Shown here piece by piece: positions 32,456-42,475 of a stretch of 64,000 bases of DNA (within the stretch, counting starts at the first letter, position 1; each line of letters opens with the position of its first letter). The position numbers were made by a program, and so were the translations under genes. The notes under the pieces are model-generated. The model worked only from the letters and a program-made list of their open reading frames with translations, did no database searches and was not told the DNA's origin. Source of the stretch: Alphaproteobacteria bacterium (GTDB lineage Bacteria > Pseudomonadota > Alphaproteobacteria > MPNO01 > UBA830); contig OZ219791.1 in the NCBI GenBank assembly GCA_964291215.2, positions 2,688,001-2,752,000 on the forward strand, given 5' to 3'.

Positions 32456-33328
32456 TCAGCGCCGATTGAGTACCGTCGTGCGGTGGATGAGGCGGATGTC
32501 GGGGTAGGTGTAGCCGCCGGTGGCGCGATGGTTGACACACCGGTTGTCCCACATCAGGAGGTCGCCGTCGCGCCACTCGTGCCGGTAGCGGAACTCGCGC
32601 TTTGCCGAGTGCCGCACGAGTTCGTCGAGCAGCGCATCGCCTTCCTCGCCGGCGAGGCCGCCGAGGCGGTACGTAAAACGCGGCGAGCAGTAGAGCGAAG
32701 TGCGCCCGGTCTCGGGATGGACCTGCGCAAGCGGGTGCTCGATGTCCGGGTTTTCCCGCTCCTGGCGGATATAGAATTCTCGTGCGCCCCTGCGCTCTCC
32801 GGATATCGGCGCACGGCTGTTCTTGAGCTTGCTGATCGAGTTCACGCCGCGCAGCCCGCCGATCCGCATTCGCATCGCTTCTGGCAGCCTCTCGTAGGCG
32901 AGATACTGGTTGGTGAAGTCGGTTGCCCCACCCCGCGACGGATTCCTGAGCGCGTAGAGTATGGTGCACTTGGCCGGCCGCGGCTTGAACTGCAGGTCGG
33001 TGTGCCAGATGTCGCCGGCATCGACGACGCCGATATGCTCGCCGTTCTCGTCGACATCGTTGGAAAGGACAAGGATTTCCTGGTGATCCGCGAGCGCGTA
33101 GCGGGAGTTGTCGTGCACGATCACTTGTCCGAACAGCCGCGAAAACGCGATCTGTCCGTCAGGGGAGAGGTTCTGGCTGCGGAAGCACAGAACCTGATGC
33201 TTGAGGAATGCTTCGTTGACGGCGGTGAAGGTCTCGCCGTCGAGGGGGCGCGAGAGGTCGAGCCCGACGATTTCGGCCGCCATCACCTCGCTCAGCGGGG
33301 CGATGCGGAAGCCGTTGGCGGCAGCCAT
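32456..33328 (-). CDS. TauD/TfdA family Fe(II)/2-oxoglutarate dioxygenase
   Basis: AEIVGLDL, WHTD, GGATDF, HPL..VHPETGR, WRDGDLLMWDNRCVNHRA. Confidence 0.92.
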   Translation of the reverse strand: MAAANGFRIAPLSEVMAAEIVGLDLSRPLDGETFTAVNEAFLKHQVLCFRSQNLSPDGQIAFSRLFGQVIVHDNSRYALADHQEILVLSNDVDENGEHIGVVDAGDIWHTDLQFKPRPAKCTILYALRNPSRGGATDFTNQYLAYERLPEAMRMRIGGLRGVNSISKLKNSRAPISGERRGAREFYIRQERENPDIEHPLAQVHPETGRTSLYCSPRFTYRLGGLAGEEGDALLDELVRHSAKREFRYRHEWRDGDLLMWDNRCVNHRATGGYTYPDIRLIHRTTVLNRR

Positions 33329-33350
33329 CCGGATCCCTCCTGCGTGGCGC

Positions 33351-34106
33351 CTAGGCCATGACGGTGCCGCCGTCGACGGAAATCGTCTGGCCGGTGACGA
33401 AACCGCTGGCGTCCGACGCAAGCCACATCACAGTGCCGACCATGTCATCGGGACCCGGATTCCGCCGCAGGCACTGGTCGTTCCTGATCACCTCGAGCGC
33501 GGTGTCGACCTTGCCGCCGAAGAACTCGGCCGTGCCTTCGGTGACGACAGCCGTCGGGGCGATCGCGTTGACCCGTATATCGTCGCGGCCGAGCTCGCGC
33601 GCCAGTGCGCGCGTCATGCCGATCACGGCCGCCTTCGAGGTCGTGTAATGCAGCGCGAACGGCATCCCGTAGGTCGCGGCAAGGGACGCGACGTTGATGA
33701 TGGAGCCGCCGCCGGCCTTGCGGAGCAGGGGCACGACGGCCTTGCAGCAGTTCCAGACGCCCTTGACGTTGACGTTCATCGTCCGGTCCCATTCGCCCTC
33801 GTCGAGCTGGTCGAAGCGCCCCCCGGTGAGGGCGCCGTAAAGTGCCGCGTTGTTGACCAGCACGTTGGCGCCTCCGAAGGCGCCTTCAGCGGCCTCCGCC
33901 ATCGCCGTTGCCGTTCCGGGATCGGTGACGTCAAGCTCCACGCCCAGAGCCCGGCCGTCGGCGCTCTCGATCCGTCGCACCGTCTCGCTGCAATCGAGAA
34001 CATCGCCAGCGACGACGCGCGCGCCGAGCCTGGCGGCTTCGATCGCATAGGCCTGGCCGAGGCCGCGTCCGGCACCGGTCACGATAACGATTTTGTCTTC
34101 GAGCAT
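33351..34106 (-). CDS. SDR family oxidoreductase
   Basis: TGAGRGLG, NNAA, YTTSK, VNAIAP, FVTGQTISVDGG. Confidence 0.9.
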   Translation of the reverse strand: MLEDKIVIVTGAGRGLGQAYAIEAARLGARVVAGDVLDCSETVRRIESADGRALGVELDVTDPGTATAMAEAAEGAFGGANVLVNNAALYGALTGGRFDQLDEGEWDRTMNVNVKGVWNCCKAVVPLLRKAGGGSIINVASLAATYGMPFALHYTTSKAAVIGMTRALARELGRDDIRVNAIAPTAVVTEGTAEFFGGKVDTALEVIRNDQCLRRNPGPDDMVGTVMWLASDASGFVTGQTISVDGGTVMA

Positions 34107-34116
34107 TGTCTCTCCG

Positions 34117-34671
34117 TTACGAAGGGTTGGCGGTCTCTTCCCGCATCCTGAGCTTCAGCCCGGCCACGGCCCACAGGTCGAGTCCCGATATCGAGGCGAT
34201 CTCGGCCAGCGAAAGCTTGGTTTCGGCGAGCAGCACTCGGGCATGGGATGTCGGCGAACGGCGGCGGGGGTTGTAGTGCCAAGGTCGTGGCGCAGCGTCC
34301 TGGACGGGTTGTCTTTCGTCGCGGTCGAGACCGCGCGCGCGGGCGGCGGCCAGCGCCTCCTCATGGCGCTGTTTCTCCCGTGCGCGGCACATCTCCTCGC
34401 TCCTGAACGTCTGGCGCGCGCGCGGGCTGTGGCCGCCATGGCGGAACATTTCCGCGAGGTCGTCGAACGGCGACGTTCCGGGCCGCCGCCGCTCGGGTGC
34501 CGGGTCCTGGTATCTCTCGCCGCCGGAGCGCGCCGCTTCCTCAAGCGTCAGGCCAATGCGGTCGGCCATGCGGGTGGCTGCGGCGAGCGCGTTCCGTCGC
34601 TCGCCTGCGAAGGGACTTTCCTTCGCCACGATGAGGAGGTTATGGAAGCGTTCTTGCTCCCGCAGTGTCAT
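34117..34671 (-). CDS. Hypothetical protein
   Basis: Sits in the minus-strand operon; ERFHNLL..AKESPFAGERRNAL.AA.R N-terminus and HTH-like C-terminus (LAEIASISGL). Confidence 0.6.
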   Translation of the reverse strand: MTLREQERFHNLLIVAKESPFAGERRNALAAATRMADRIGLTLEEAARSGGERYQDPAPERRRPGTSPFDDLAEMFRHGGHSPRARQTFRSEEMCRAREKQRHEEALAAARARGLDRDERQPVQDAAPRPWHYNPRRRSPTSHARVLLAETKLSLAEIASISGLDLWAVAGLKLRMREETANPS

Positions 34672-34766
34672 GCCGTCAGAAATCTCGTCTCTCCGCCAAG
34701 CGTTCTGCCGGGAGCCGCGCACCGGCAAACCCCGGGGGCTCCGTGAATCCGGCGGTCAGAATAGCA

Positions 34767-35795
34767 CTAGAGCGTGCCGCGCACCAAGGCGGCGCCGTCG
34801 CACATGGCCTTGAGCTTGGCGAACGCGGTCTCGCGGGAGAGGTATTTCATGCCGCAATCCGGTGCAACCACGACCCTCTCGGGCTCGACACGATCGAAGG
34901 CGCGGCGGATGCGCGTCGCGACGGTTTCCGGAGTCTCGATTTCCACGGTGCTGAGGTCAAGCACGCCGAGGATTATCTTCTTTCCCGGAAGGCTGTCGAG
35001 GATCGCGAGATCCAGTCCCGACTGCGCTGTCTCGATGGAGATCTGATCGGCCGCGCAGTCGGCGAGTTCGGGCAGGAAGGAATAACCCTCGGGGCGTTGG
35101 TGCACGATGTGCGCGTAGCCGAAACAGATATGCACTGCGGTTTCCCCCGGCACCCCGTCCAGCGCCCGGTTGATTGCGCGGACGGCATATCTGCGCGCGA
35201 TTTCGGGGCGCGCCTGCATGTAGGGCTCGTCAAGCTGCACGACATCGGCACCGGCGGCGAAGAGATCGCGCACTTCCTCGTTCACCGCTGCGGCGTAGTC
35301 CATCGCCGCGGCCTCGTCGTCGGGATAGTGGTCGTTCTGCGCCTGCTGGGTCATCGTGAACGGGCCGGGCAAGGTGATCTTGATGCGGCGGTCGGTATTG
35401 GCGCGCAGGAATTTCACGTCATTGACCTCGATCGGCCGCTGGCGGCGGACCGGGCCCGAGATTCTCGGCACCGGGTTGGGATGCCCGGTGCGGTCGATCG
35501 CGGTACCGGGGTTGTCGATGTCGACTCCGCCGAGCGCGGTGGCGATGCGGTTGGAATAGCTCTCGCGCCTGATCTCGCCGTCCGAGATGATGTCGACGCC
35601 GGCGCGCTCCTGGTCGCGGATGGCGAGCAGTGTCGCGTCGTTCTGCGCCTGTTCGAGGAACTCGGGCGCGACGCGCCACAGTTCCCGGGCGCGCACGCGC
35701 GGCGGCAGGCGGCTCCTGAGATTGTCGCGGTCGACGAGCCAGTCCGGCTGCACGTAGCTGCCGACCACCGTCGTCGGCAGGAGATCCCCTGTCAT
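34767..35795 (-). CDS. Cobalamin-independent methionine synthase (core MetE-like)
   Basis: [44 protein letters not shown]. Confidence 0.9.
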   Translation of the reverse strand: MTGDLLPTTVVGSYVQPDWLVDRDNLRSRLPPRVRARELWRVAPEFLEQAQNDATLLAIRDQERAGVDIISDGEIRRESYSNRIATALGGVDIDNPGTAIDRTGHPNPVPRISGPVRRQRPIEVNDVKFLRANTDRRIKITLPGPFTMTQQAQNDHYPDDEAAAMDYAAAVNEEVRDLFAAGADVVQLDEPYMQARPEIARRYAVRAINRALDGVPGETAVHICFGYAHIVHQRPEGYSFLPELADCAADQISIETAQSGLDLAILDSLPGKKIILGVLDLSTVEIETPETVATRIRRAFDRVEPERVVVAPDCGMKYLSRETAFAKLKAMCDGAALVRGTL

Positions 35796-36232
35796 TTGGC
35801 CACCTTCTCCGTTTCCTCAAATCTCAGGCGCAGGGCGCCCGTACCGGTCTTCCGAAGCGAACGGAAGAAGCAGGACCGGTAGCCGACATGGCAGGCGCCG
35901 GCACGCTGCGGGCGCACGCGGAGAAGGATAGTATCCTGGTCGCAATCCACGCGAATCTCGGCAACGCGCTGGATCTGTCCGCTGGTGGCACCCTTGTGCC
36001 AGAGCCCGTTGCGGCTGCGGCTCCAGTACCAGGCCTCGCCGCTGTCGATGGTCCGCCGGAGTGCCTCGGCGTTCATCCAGGCGAGCATCAGCGCCTCGCC
36101 GGTATCGGCATCGACGGCGACCGCGGCGACGAGCCCCTCGGCATTGAACCGCGGTGCGAACGTCTCGCCTTCTTCAAGTTCGGCACGGTCCAGCGCGTCG
36201 CCGGACGGGAACTGCACACCTTCTCCTGCCAC
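35792..36232 (-). CDS. hisI: Phosphoribosyl-AMP cyclohydrolase
   Basis: [32 protein letters not shown]. Confidence 0.95.
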   Translation of the reverse strand: MAGEGVQFPSGDALDRAELEEGETFAPRFNAEGLVAAVAVDADTGEALMLAWMNAEALRRTIDSGEAWYWSRSRNGLWHKGATSGQIQRVAEIRVDCDQDTILLRVRPQRAGACHVGYRSCFFRSLRKTGTGALRLRFEETEKVAK

Positions 36233-36234
36233 CG

Positions 36235-36843
36235 TCAGGGGTTCCGGATCATGGCAAGGAACTCGCGTCGTGTCGCGTGGTCGTCGCGGAAGGCGCCCAG
36301 CATGCGGCTGGTCACGGTGTGCGATTCAGACTTGTGGATGCCACGGGTCGTCATGCACTGGTGGCTGGCCTCGATCACCACAGCGACACCCTGGGGCTGC
36401 AGGACGCGGTCGATTGTGGCGGCGATGTCGACGGTCATCTTCTCCTGGATCTGAAGGCGCTTGGCAAAGATCTCGACCACGCGGGCAAGCTTGCTGATGC
36501 CGACGACGCGGCTGTTGGGGATGTAGGCGACATGGGCCCTGCCGATGATCGGCACCATGTGGTGCTCGCAATGTGATTCGAGCGCGATGTCGCGGATGAG
36601 GACCATCTCGTCGTAACCGCCGGTTTCTTCGAAGGTGAGTCTCAGGACTTCTTCGGGGTCGAGTTCGTAGCCGAGAAAGAACTCCCTGTAGGCGCGTGCG
36701 ACCCTGTCCGGCGTGCCGCGGAGGCCCTCGCGTTCCGGGTCGTCGCCGGCCCAGCGTATGAGTGTGCGCACGGCCTCCTCGACCTCCTCCTTCGTCGGCG
36801 TCTTAGAGCCGAGTCGATCCCTGCTGATTCCATCCATGGCCAT
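36235..36843 (-). CDS. folE: GTP cyclohydrolase I
   Basis: [36 protein letters not shown]. Confidence 0.97.
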   Translation of the reverse strand: MAMDGISRDRLGSKTPTKEEVEEAVRTLIRWAGDDPEREGLRGTPDRVARAYREFFLGYELDPEEVLRLTFEETGGYDEMVLIRDIALESHCEHHMVPIIGRAHVAYIPNSRVVGISKLARVVEIFAKRLQIQEKMTVDIAATIDRVLQPQGVAVVIEASHQCMTTRGIHKSESHTVTSRMLGAFRDDHATRREFLAMIRNP

Positions 36844-36959
36844 GCTCCTTCAGCGTGATACTGGTCCCTTGGCGCGCCGAAGGCAAGGGCAGACGGCATC
36901 GTACCCGGTCTGGTCGGGACGCAGCCGACCGGTCGGGATCGCCGCCTTCTCAACACGAT

Positions 36960-37550
36960 CGCGTGCTGGAAATCCGCACGCTCGGCGAGCAAGCGTATCG
37001 AGCCGAACTGCTCCAAGATTCCTCCCGAAGGCGATCCGGGCCTCAAGGCGCGCAAGTGGCGCGCCGATGCAGTGGTGACTACCGCGTCCGAATGACAGGT
37101 GGTTGATGTCCTGGCGCTCGACATCGAGTCGGTCCCGATCCTCGAACATGGCCGGATCCCGGTTGGCGGCGCCGACCGAGAGAGCGAGGATCTGGCCCTT
37201 GCGGGACCGGTGCTCCCCTGACCTCGCCATCCGCGAGCGCGTACTTGAAACCGGTCTGGACCGGCGAATCGAACCGCAGCAGTTTGTCGATCGCGTCCTC
37301 GATCAGCGACGGATCGTCGCGAAGGCGCTGAAGCTGGTCGGGGTTGCCCAGGAGCGCCAGCATGTCGTTGCCGATCAGGTTGGTGGTGGTCTCGTTGCTG
37401 ACGTCCAGAAGTAGACGCACCATGTTCAGCATTTCGCGCTCGCTGAGGCGGTCGCCCTCTTTCTCGACATGAACGAGGGCGCTTATGATGTCATCGCCGG
37501 GCTGTCGGCGCCGCTCTCTGATGATCGCCATGAAGAAATCGTGGAACGCC
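36960..37550 (-). pseudogene. Cytochrome P450, C-terminal part (frameshifted)
   Basis: Degenerate I-helix [28 protein letters not shown], heme motif [17 protein letters not shown]. Confidence 0.85.
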
Positions 37551-37879
37551 GCGCCGACAGCGTTGGCAGCCTTCTCTTCCTCTAGAACTCGATCATCTTG
37601 GGCTGCTTGTGCGGGCTCGCCGCTCGTGAGAGCAGCAATCCTGTCGTTTCGGTGTCGAGGACGAGGATTCTCATCATCTCACAGCCTAATGTTGTCCAAT
37701 TGGGGCGGCGACTGGGGTGCAGATGGCCTGTTGGCCTTCAGCGCTTCACTCAGGCTGTCCATTGAGAACACAACCACCTGCCCAATGGCGTACCAGACCA
37801 CCATGATCCCAATGAACACGCCGAATGTCAAGATTGCGCCCCGCCCAATGCAAGGTGATCCCATGCTTGTTGATGTGAT

Positions 37880-39620
37880 GTGATCGGAGTCCTGATCGCG
37901 GCGCGGGTCGACGCGTTCGAGGCTGCGATTTTGAGATTTGCTGACGCGCTGTTACGGCGCGGGGCGCGATTGGTCGGCGTATCCGGGGCGAGCGAGAGGC
38001 CTTGGTTGCCGGGCTCGAAAGCTTGCAGTTTCTGTCGGGGAGAGAGGCGCGGTCAGCCTGGTCTTGTGATTGCGTGCAGGACCTGCTTGCGCTTGTCGGC
38101 ATAGTGGCGTCGACGAAGCTGTTGAAGGGTTTGGGCAGCTTGCGTTTGTTGCGGATGATGATTGCGAGGGTGATCGCGTTGTTTGCGGGCGCGTTCGGAG
38201 CATGGAGTCGTCTTCGCAGAAGGTGGCGTCGCGGACATGATGATGGCTCTCGACTACCCAGTGTCCATGATTCCATGCGAGCAGCTGTTGCGGCGAGGCG
38301 CGTTCGGCCGAGGTCATGGCGTATTCGGTTGTCCGTTTTCTGGATTTCTTGAATTCGACGCGCCGGGTGACGCGGAAGATCTGCTTGACTAGTTGATCAT
38401 CTTCGCCAGCGGGGTGAAGATGGTGCGCTGGCGGCCATGCGCGGGCTTTTCGTTGTAGCGCTGGCGGTCTTCCAGTTGATGCTCTCTCGAAGGTGCGTTG
38501 CCCTTGACCATCAGTCCGCGCGATGGGTCTCGATGATCAGCCTCGCGGGTGGTGTGGAGCGCGTCGAGGGTGAGCAGACGGCCGGCGCCGTCGCGGCGTG
38601 GACGGCAGCGATCTCCCCGTCGTGATAGTTGAGGATTGAAACCGGCATACCGGTCCCGTGCCAGCGAGACTGTCTCGTAATGATCCTCGCCGGTGCGGCC
38701 GCGGATGCGCTTGCCGTCGACCGCGTTGCCGACCTGCGGCTGCGCGCCGCATCCTCGATCCATCCCGGGTCGGTGTTCTGCAGCACCCGGTGCACGGTCG
38801 AGACCGGCTTGTCCCTGTTCTTCCATGCTGCGCCAGCTCCTTCTGCGTCGTAGTGCGCCGCCGCAACCGCGCCGGTTCGCAAGCCAGCAAAATCACGCAC
38901 AGCACCGAGGCGATGCCCCTGCGCGCGCCGGAAAGCGCCGCTGATAAATCGAGCGCAACTCCTGCGCCGACCAGCGGCGCCCGCAACTCCCACGCCACAG
39001 GAAGCGGCGAACGATCCCGCAGCCGACATCGCGACGCAGCGGAAACACGTAAAGATCCTTCGCCTCCCCGGTCGCTATGGCGCCCGCTGGCGCGCGCATA
39101 GCTCCTGCCAACGCACTCCCAGTTCGCCGCCTTGTACATGGTGCCGCTGAACTTCGTCGGCAGGACAAACGACTCCGCAACAAGCAACGGCAGCCTCCCA
39201 GTCGCCGCCGCACCATCCGCGACAACGCAAACGAGGCCCGGAAACGACCACCAAGAACAACAAACCTCGTGTTGTTCCCGGCAACCGCCTGAACTGTTCC
39301 TCGCGGCGCCAGCCAATCCAACGGGTGCGCAGCTGAGGGCGCCCGTCTGCCAGCCCGCAGCACCAATCCACCGCCCGCGCCAGGTGAACACGCAGACCTC
39401 GACCGGCAAACTGCTTGAAACCAAGATACGGTCAACAACACGGTTCCAGCGACATCAGGCCGCGCAAGGCGCACAACCACATCCCGGAGCGCAAAACCCT
39501 CCGGAGTCGTCTCAAAAAAATCCGCTGCCCCCACGACAACGGATACTACGTCGCTTCACAAAAAGCCAGCGAAAATGCGAATCATCCTGAACAAGCAAAA
39601 CCGACCCTTCCAACAAACCT
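37880..39620 (-). mobile_element. ISAs1-family element with DUF4338 module, degenerate
   Basis: VAGNNTRF, LLVAESFV.PTKFSGTMYKAANW, AVDGKRIRG, LLTLDALHT, VKGN, HWVVES.HHVRD.TF.ED; exact ends not resolved. Confidence 0.75.
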
Positions 39621-39894
39621 AGCGTGGGATCGCCGTGCCGCCCAATGCCTCTGAACAATGCTTTTAGCATGGTCTCATGCCTCCGGATCAGTTATGCCGA
39701 GCTGCTTCTTGCGCTCTTCCCGTTACAGGCAGTGAATCGCCCCGTCAAGCCGGAGCCCAAGCAATCCTACAGTCTCTGCGATCTCCCCTATCGGGAGCAG
39801 CCCTTCAATCTTCCTGTGCTCTAGCTCTCCTGATCATCGTCGGTTCGAGCGCGCGGGCGCGCTGTGCGGACCAGACACTGAATTCGGGGATAGT

Positions 39895-40420
39895 CCTCAG
39901 GCGGTACGCCGAGCATCTCGGCGATCACGATGACCGGCAGCGGCTGGGCTAGAGCGGTCATGAGGTCGAAGCCGCCCGGATCCCCGATATCGTCGAGAAA
40001 TGCCCCGGTCAGGCTCCGGATGCGGGGTTCCAGGACGCTGACCGCTCTCAGGGTGAAGGCCTTGTTGACCAGGGGCGCAGGCGCTTGTGGTCCGGCGGAT
40101 CGAGGAACAGCATCGTGAAATCGTCAGCTTCCGGTAGCGCGTCGCGCTGCCGGCGCGACAGATCGCTGTTGCGTGGGTCGGTGCTGAATTGCCGGGGATT
40201 GCGCAGCACCGCGTCGATGTCGGCATGGCGTGTCAGGAACTAGCCGTTGACGAGCTTGGAATGATGCACAGGATCGCGCGCGCAGCCTGGCGTAGGCGGC
40301 ATAGGGGTTCCGGACCATGTCCGCGGTGAACGGGTTGTAGACGATGCTGCTCCGCCAGCGTTCCTGGAGGAGAAGCGCTTCGACAAGGGCTGACCGGAAC
40401 ATGTTGCGGAGCGGGAGCAT
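39895..40420 (-). pseudogene. Cytochrome P450, N-terminal part (frameshifted)
   Basis: YNPF...NPY.AYARLR, TRHAD..AVLR, LFLDPPDH.R, NKAFT, FDLMTALAQPLPVIVIAEMLGVP. Confidence 0.8.
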
Positions 40421-40626
40421 CACGGCCTTTGCTTTCGGGATCCGCGCATGTGCGCGTTTCCGATTCTAGGTGCCGCCATGCTACCGGTCCAACCGGAAAG
40501 GCGGGCGGCGCGGTGCCGGACTCGGCGCCAGAGTTGCGAAGCCGGCGTCCAAGCGGACCGCTGCCGGCGTTGTGCGAAGAAGCCTTTTCTGGAAATATGC
40601 GGCGTTGGCGGAGACGGTGGAGGCCG

Positions 40627-41541
40627 ATGCGTGACTATTGGGCGATAGCCTGCGTTGCCGCGATCTTTCTGGTCTTTCAGGCGTTCACGTTCTTCGGCGG
40701 AACCGGGACCGTGGGTGACCTCGTTGTCCGCGAGCAGACGCGTGTTGCGGCGAAGATCGAGGATCTCGGCAGGATGATCGATGCCGGCCAGCTGGAGAAT
40801 ATCCGGCTGGTGCGCCGCTACGCCGAGGAGGTGCGGGCCGCCCGTCCGGAGCTCGCGAGAGCCGCCGGCGAGCTGGGCAGGGAGGCAACCACCCGGGGCC
40901 GCCACTTCACCGGCCTGCAGAAGCGGATTGCCGCGATCGACATCGCGCCGCGTGGCGAAGACGCAGCCACCCGGGCGCTCGACGAGATTATCCGCATTGA
41001 AGCCGCTGCCGATCCCGTGGTCTTCAACGATTCGCTGATCGACGTCCTCAATGTCCTCGCCGATCTGTCCGGAGAGCGGCTCGGCCGTGTCGAGGGCGAT
41101 GTCGGCGGCGCGGTTGCGGCGCAGGGCGCAGGCTCTCACCTTGTGGGCAATCCGGCCTACGGGCGCTGGCAGCAGGATTCGTCGGGCAGCAGCTTCTGGG
41201 TCTGGTACGGCGCCTACGCGCTCCTGGGCCAAGCGTTCTGGAGGCCAGGCCCGTACTATTACAACGACTGGTACCGGCGGCGCGGATGGAGCTATTACGG
41301 CGATGTCGGGCGCAACTATTACGCTACCCGCGGCGATCAGCGGCGCTGGAGCGACGCGCAGCGGCGCAATCCTGACGTCGGGCAGACGACCCGGCGCAGC
41401 CCGCGCAGCGTGTCGCGGCTCTCGACCTACGGGCGTTCCGACGCCCGCGGCGCGGCGCAGACGGTGCGGCGCGCGTCGTCCTATTCGGGATACGGCTCGT
41501 CCGTGCGCGGCATGGCCTCGGGCGGCAGGCGCGGCAAGTGA
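40627..41541 (+). CDS. Membrane-anchored hypothetical protein with aromatic/Gly/Arg-rich C-terminus (PspA-cluster associated)
   Basis: N-terminal hydrophobic segment, DSLIDVLNVLADLS, LVGNPAYGRW, SFWVWYGAYA, tail RGMASGGRRGK. Confidence 0.7.
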   Translation: MRDYWAIACVAAIFLVFQAFTFFGGTGTVGDLVVREQTRVAAKIEDLGRMIDAGQLENIRLVRRYAEEVRAARPELARAAGELGREATTRGRHFTGLQKRIAAIDIAPRGEDAATRALDEIIRIEAAADPVVFNDSLIDVLNVLADLSGERLGRVEGDVGGAVAAQGAGSHLVGNPAYGRWQQDSSGSSFWVWYGAYALLGQAFWRPGPYYYNDWYRRRGWSYYGDVGRNYYATRGDQRRWSDAQRRNPDVGQTTRRSPRSVSRLSTYGRSDARGAAQTVRRASSYSGYGSSVRGMASGGRRGK

Positions 41542-41564
41542 ACCGCTAACGGGAGTGTCTTGAC

Positions 41565-42458
41565 ATGCTGGATGCGAATTTCTCCGGCCAGATGTTGATC
41601 ATGCTGCTTGTCGGCTTCGTGATCGTGTTTGCGATCCTGCTCTGCGTGCGGGCATTGTACGGCGCGACGGTGCGGGTCGACGCGACCGACGAGCTCTCCG
41701 GCAGGGACAATTTCGCGTTTGGAATCGGTCTTGCCGGCATGACCCTGGGCATCGGAATCATGCTCAGCGGCGTCGCCGAGGGAGACTACGCCGCTGCCCT
41801 CGGCGAGGAGACGGGAACGCTCGCGGTCTACGCCGTGCTCGGTCTGGTCCTGATGTGGCTCACGCGTCTGATCTTCGACCGCGTCTCGATTCCGGCTTTC
41901 GCGGTCGGGACCGAGATCCGGAACGGCAACATTCCGATCGCCATCGTCGAGGCCGGCAACGTCCTCGCCACGGCGATCATGGTTCGCGCCGTGATCGCAT
42001 GGTCGGAGGGCGCGCTTGCCGCCGCCGTCGTCGCGGTGCTGTGCGGCTACGTGGTCACGCAGGTCATCCTCACGCTCACCACCTACTACCGCGTATGGCT
42101 GTTCGCCAGGCGCAACGAAGGGCGACGTTTCCAGGATGCGGTGCAGTCGGGCAATACGGCGCTCGCGCTGCGTTTCGCCGGATTCCAGGCCGGGATCGCG
42201 CTCGCAGTCACTGCGGCGTCGCAGATCGTGGAGTATGACCCTGGCGGCGACCCGTTTCTTCTCGCGATGGCATGGGGCGCCTGCTCGATCGTGCTTGCGG
42301 CGGCGCTGATCGTGCTCAGCCTGCTCGCGGAACGCTTCGTCCTGCGCCGCATCGACGTCTCCGAGGAAGTCGACCGCCAGAAGAATGTCGGGGTCGCGCT
42401 GACCGAGGCCGCCGTCTATACCGCGATCGGGCTGCTGTTCATCGGATTCCTCTCCTGA
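41565..42458 (+). CDS. DUF350 (YjfL-like) membrane protein, duplicated domain
   Basis: Repeated ELS.RDNFAFG / EIRNGN..IA / VQSGNTALA / EVDRQKNVGVA motifs between TM helices. Confidence 0.8.
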   Translation: MLDANFSGQMLIMLLVGFVIVFAILLCVRALYGATVRVDATDELSGRDNFAFGIGLAGMTLGIGIMLSGVAEGDYAAALGEETGTLAVYAVLGLVLMWLTRLIFDRVSIPAFAVGTEIRNGNIPIAIVEAGNVLATAIMVRAVIAWSEGALAAAVVAVLCGYVVTQVILTLTTYYRVWLFARRNEGRRFQDAVQSGNTALALRFAGFQAGIALAVTAASQIVEYDPGGDPFLLAMAWGACSIVLAAALIVLSLLAERFVLRRIDVSEEVDRQKNVGVALTEAAVYTAIGLLFIGFLS

Positions 42459-42475
42459 GCCGACCCGTGGCGTTC

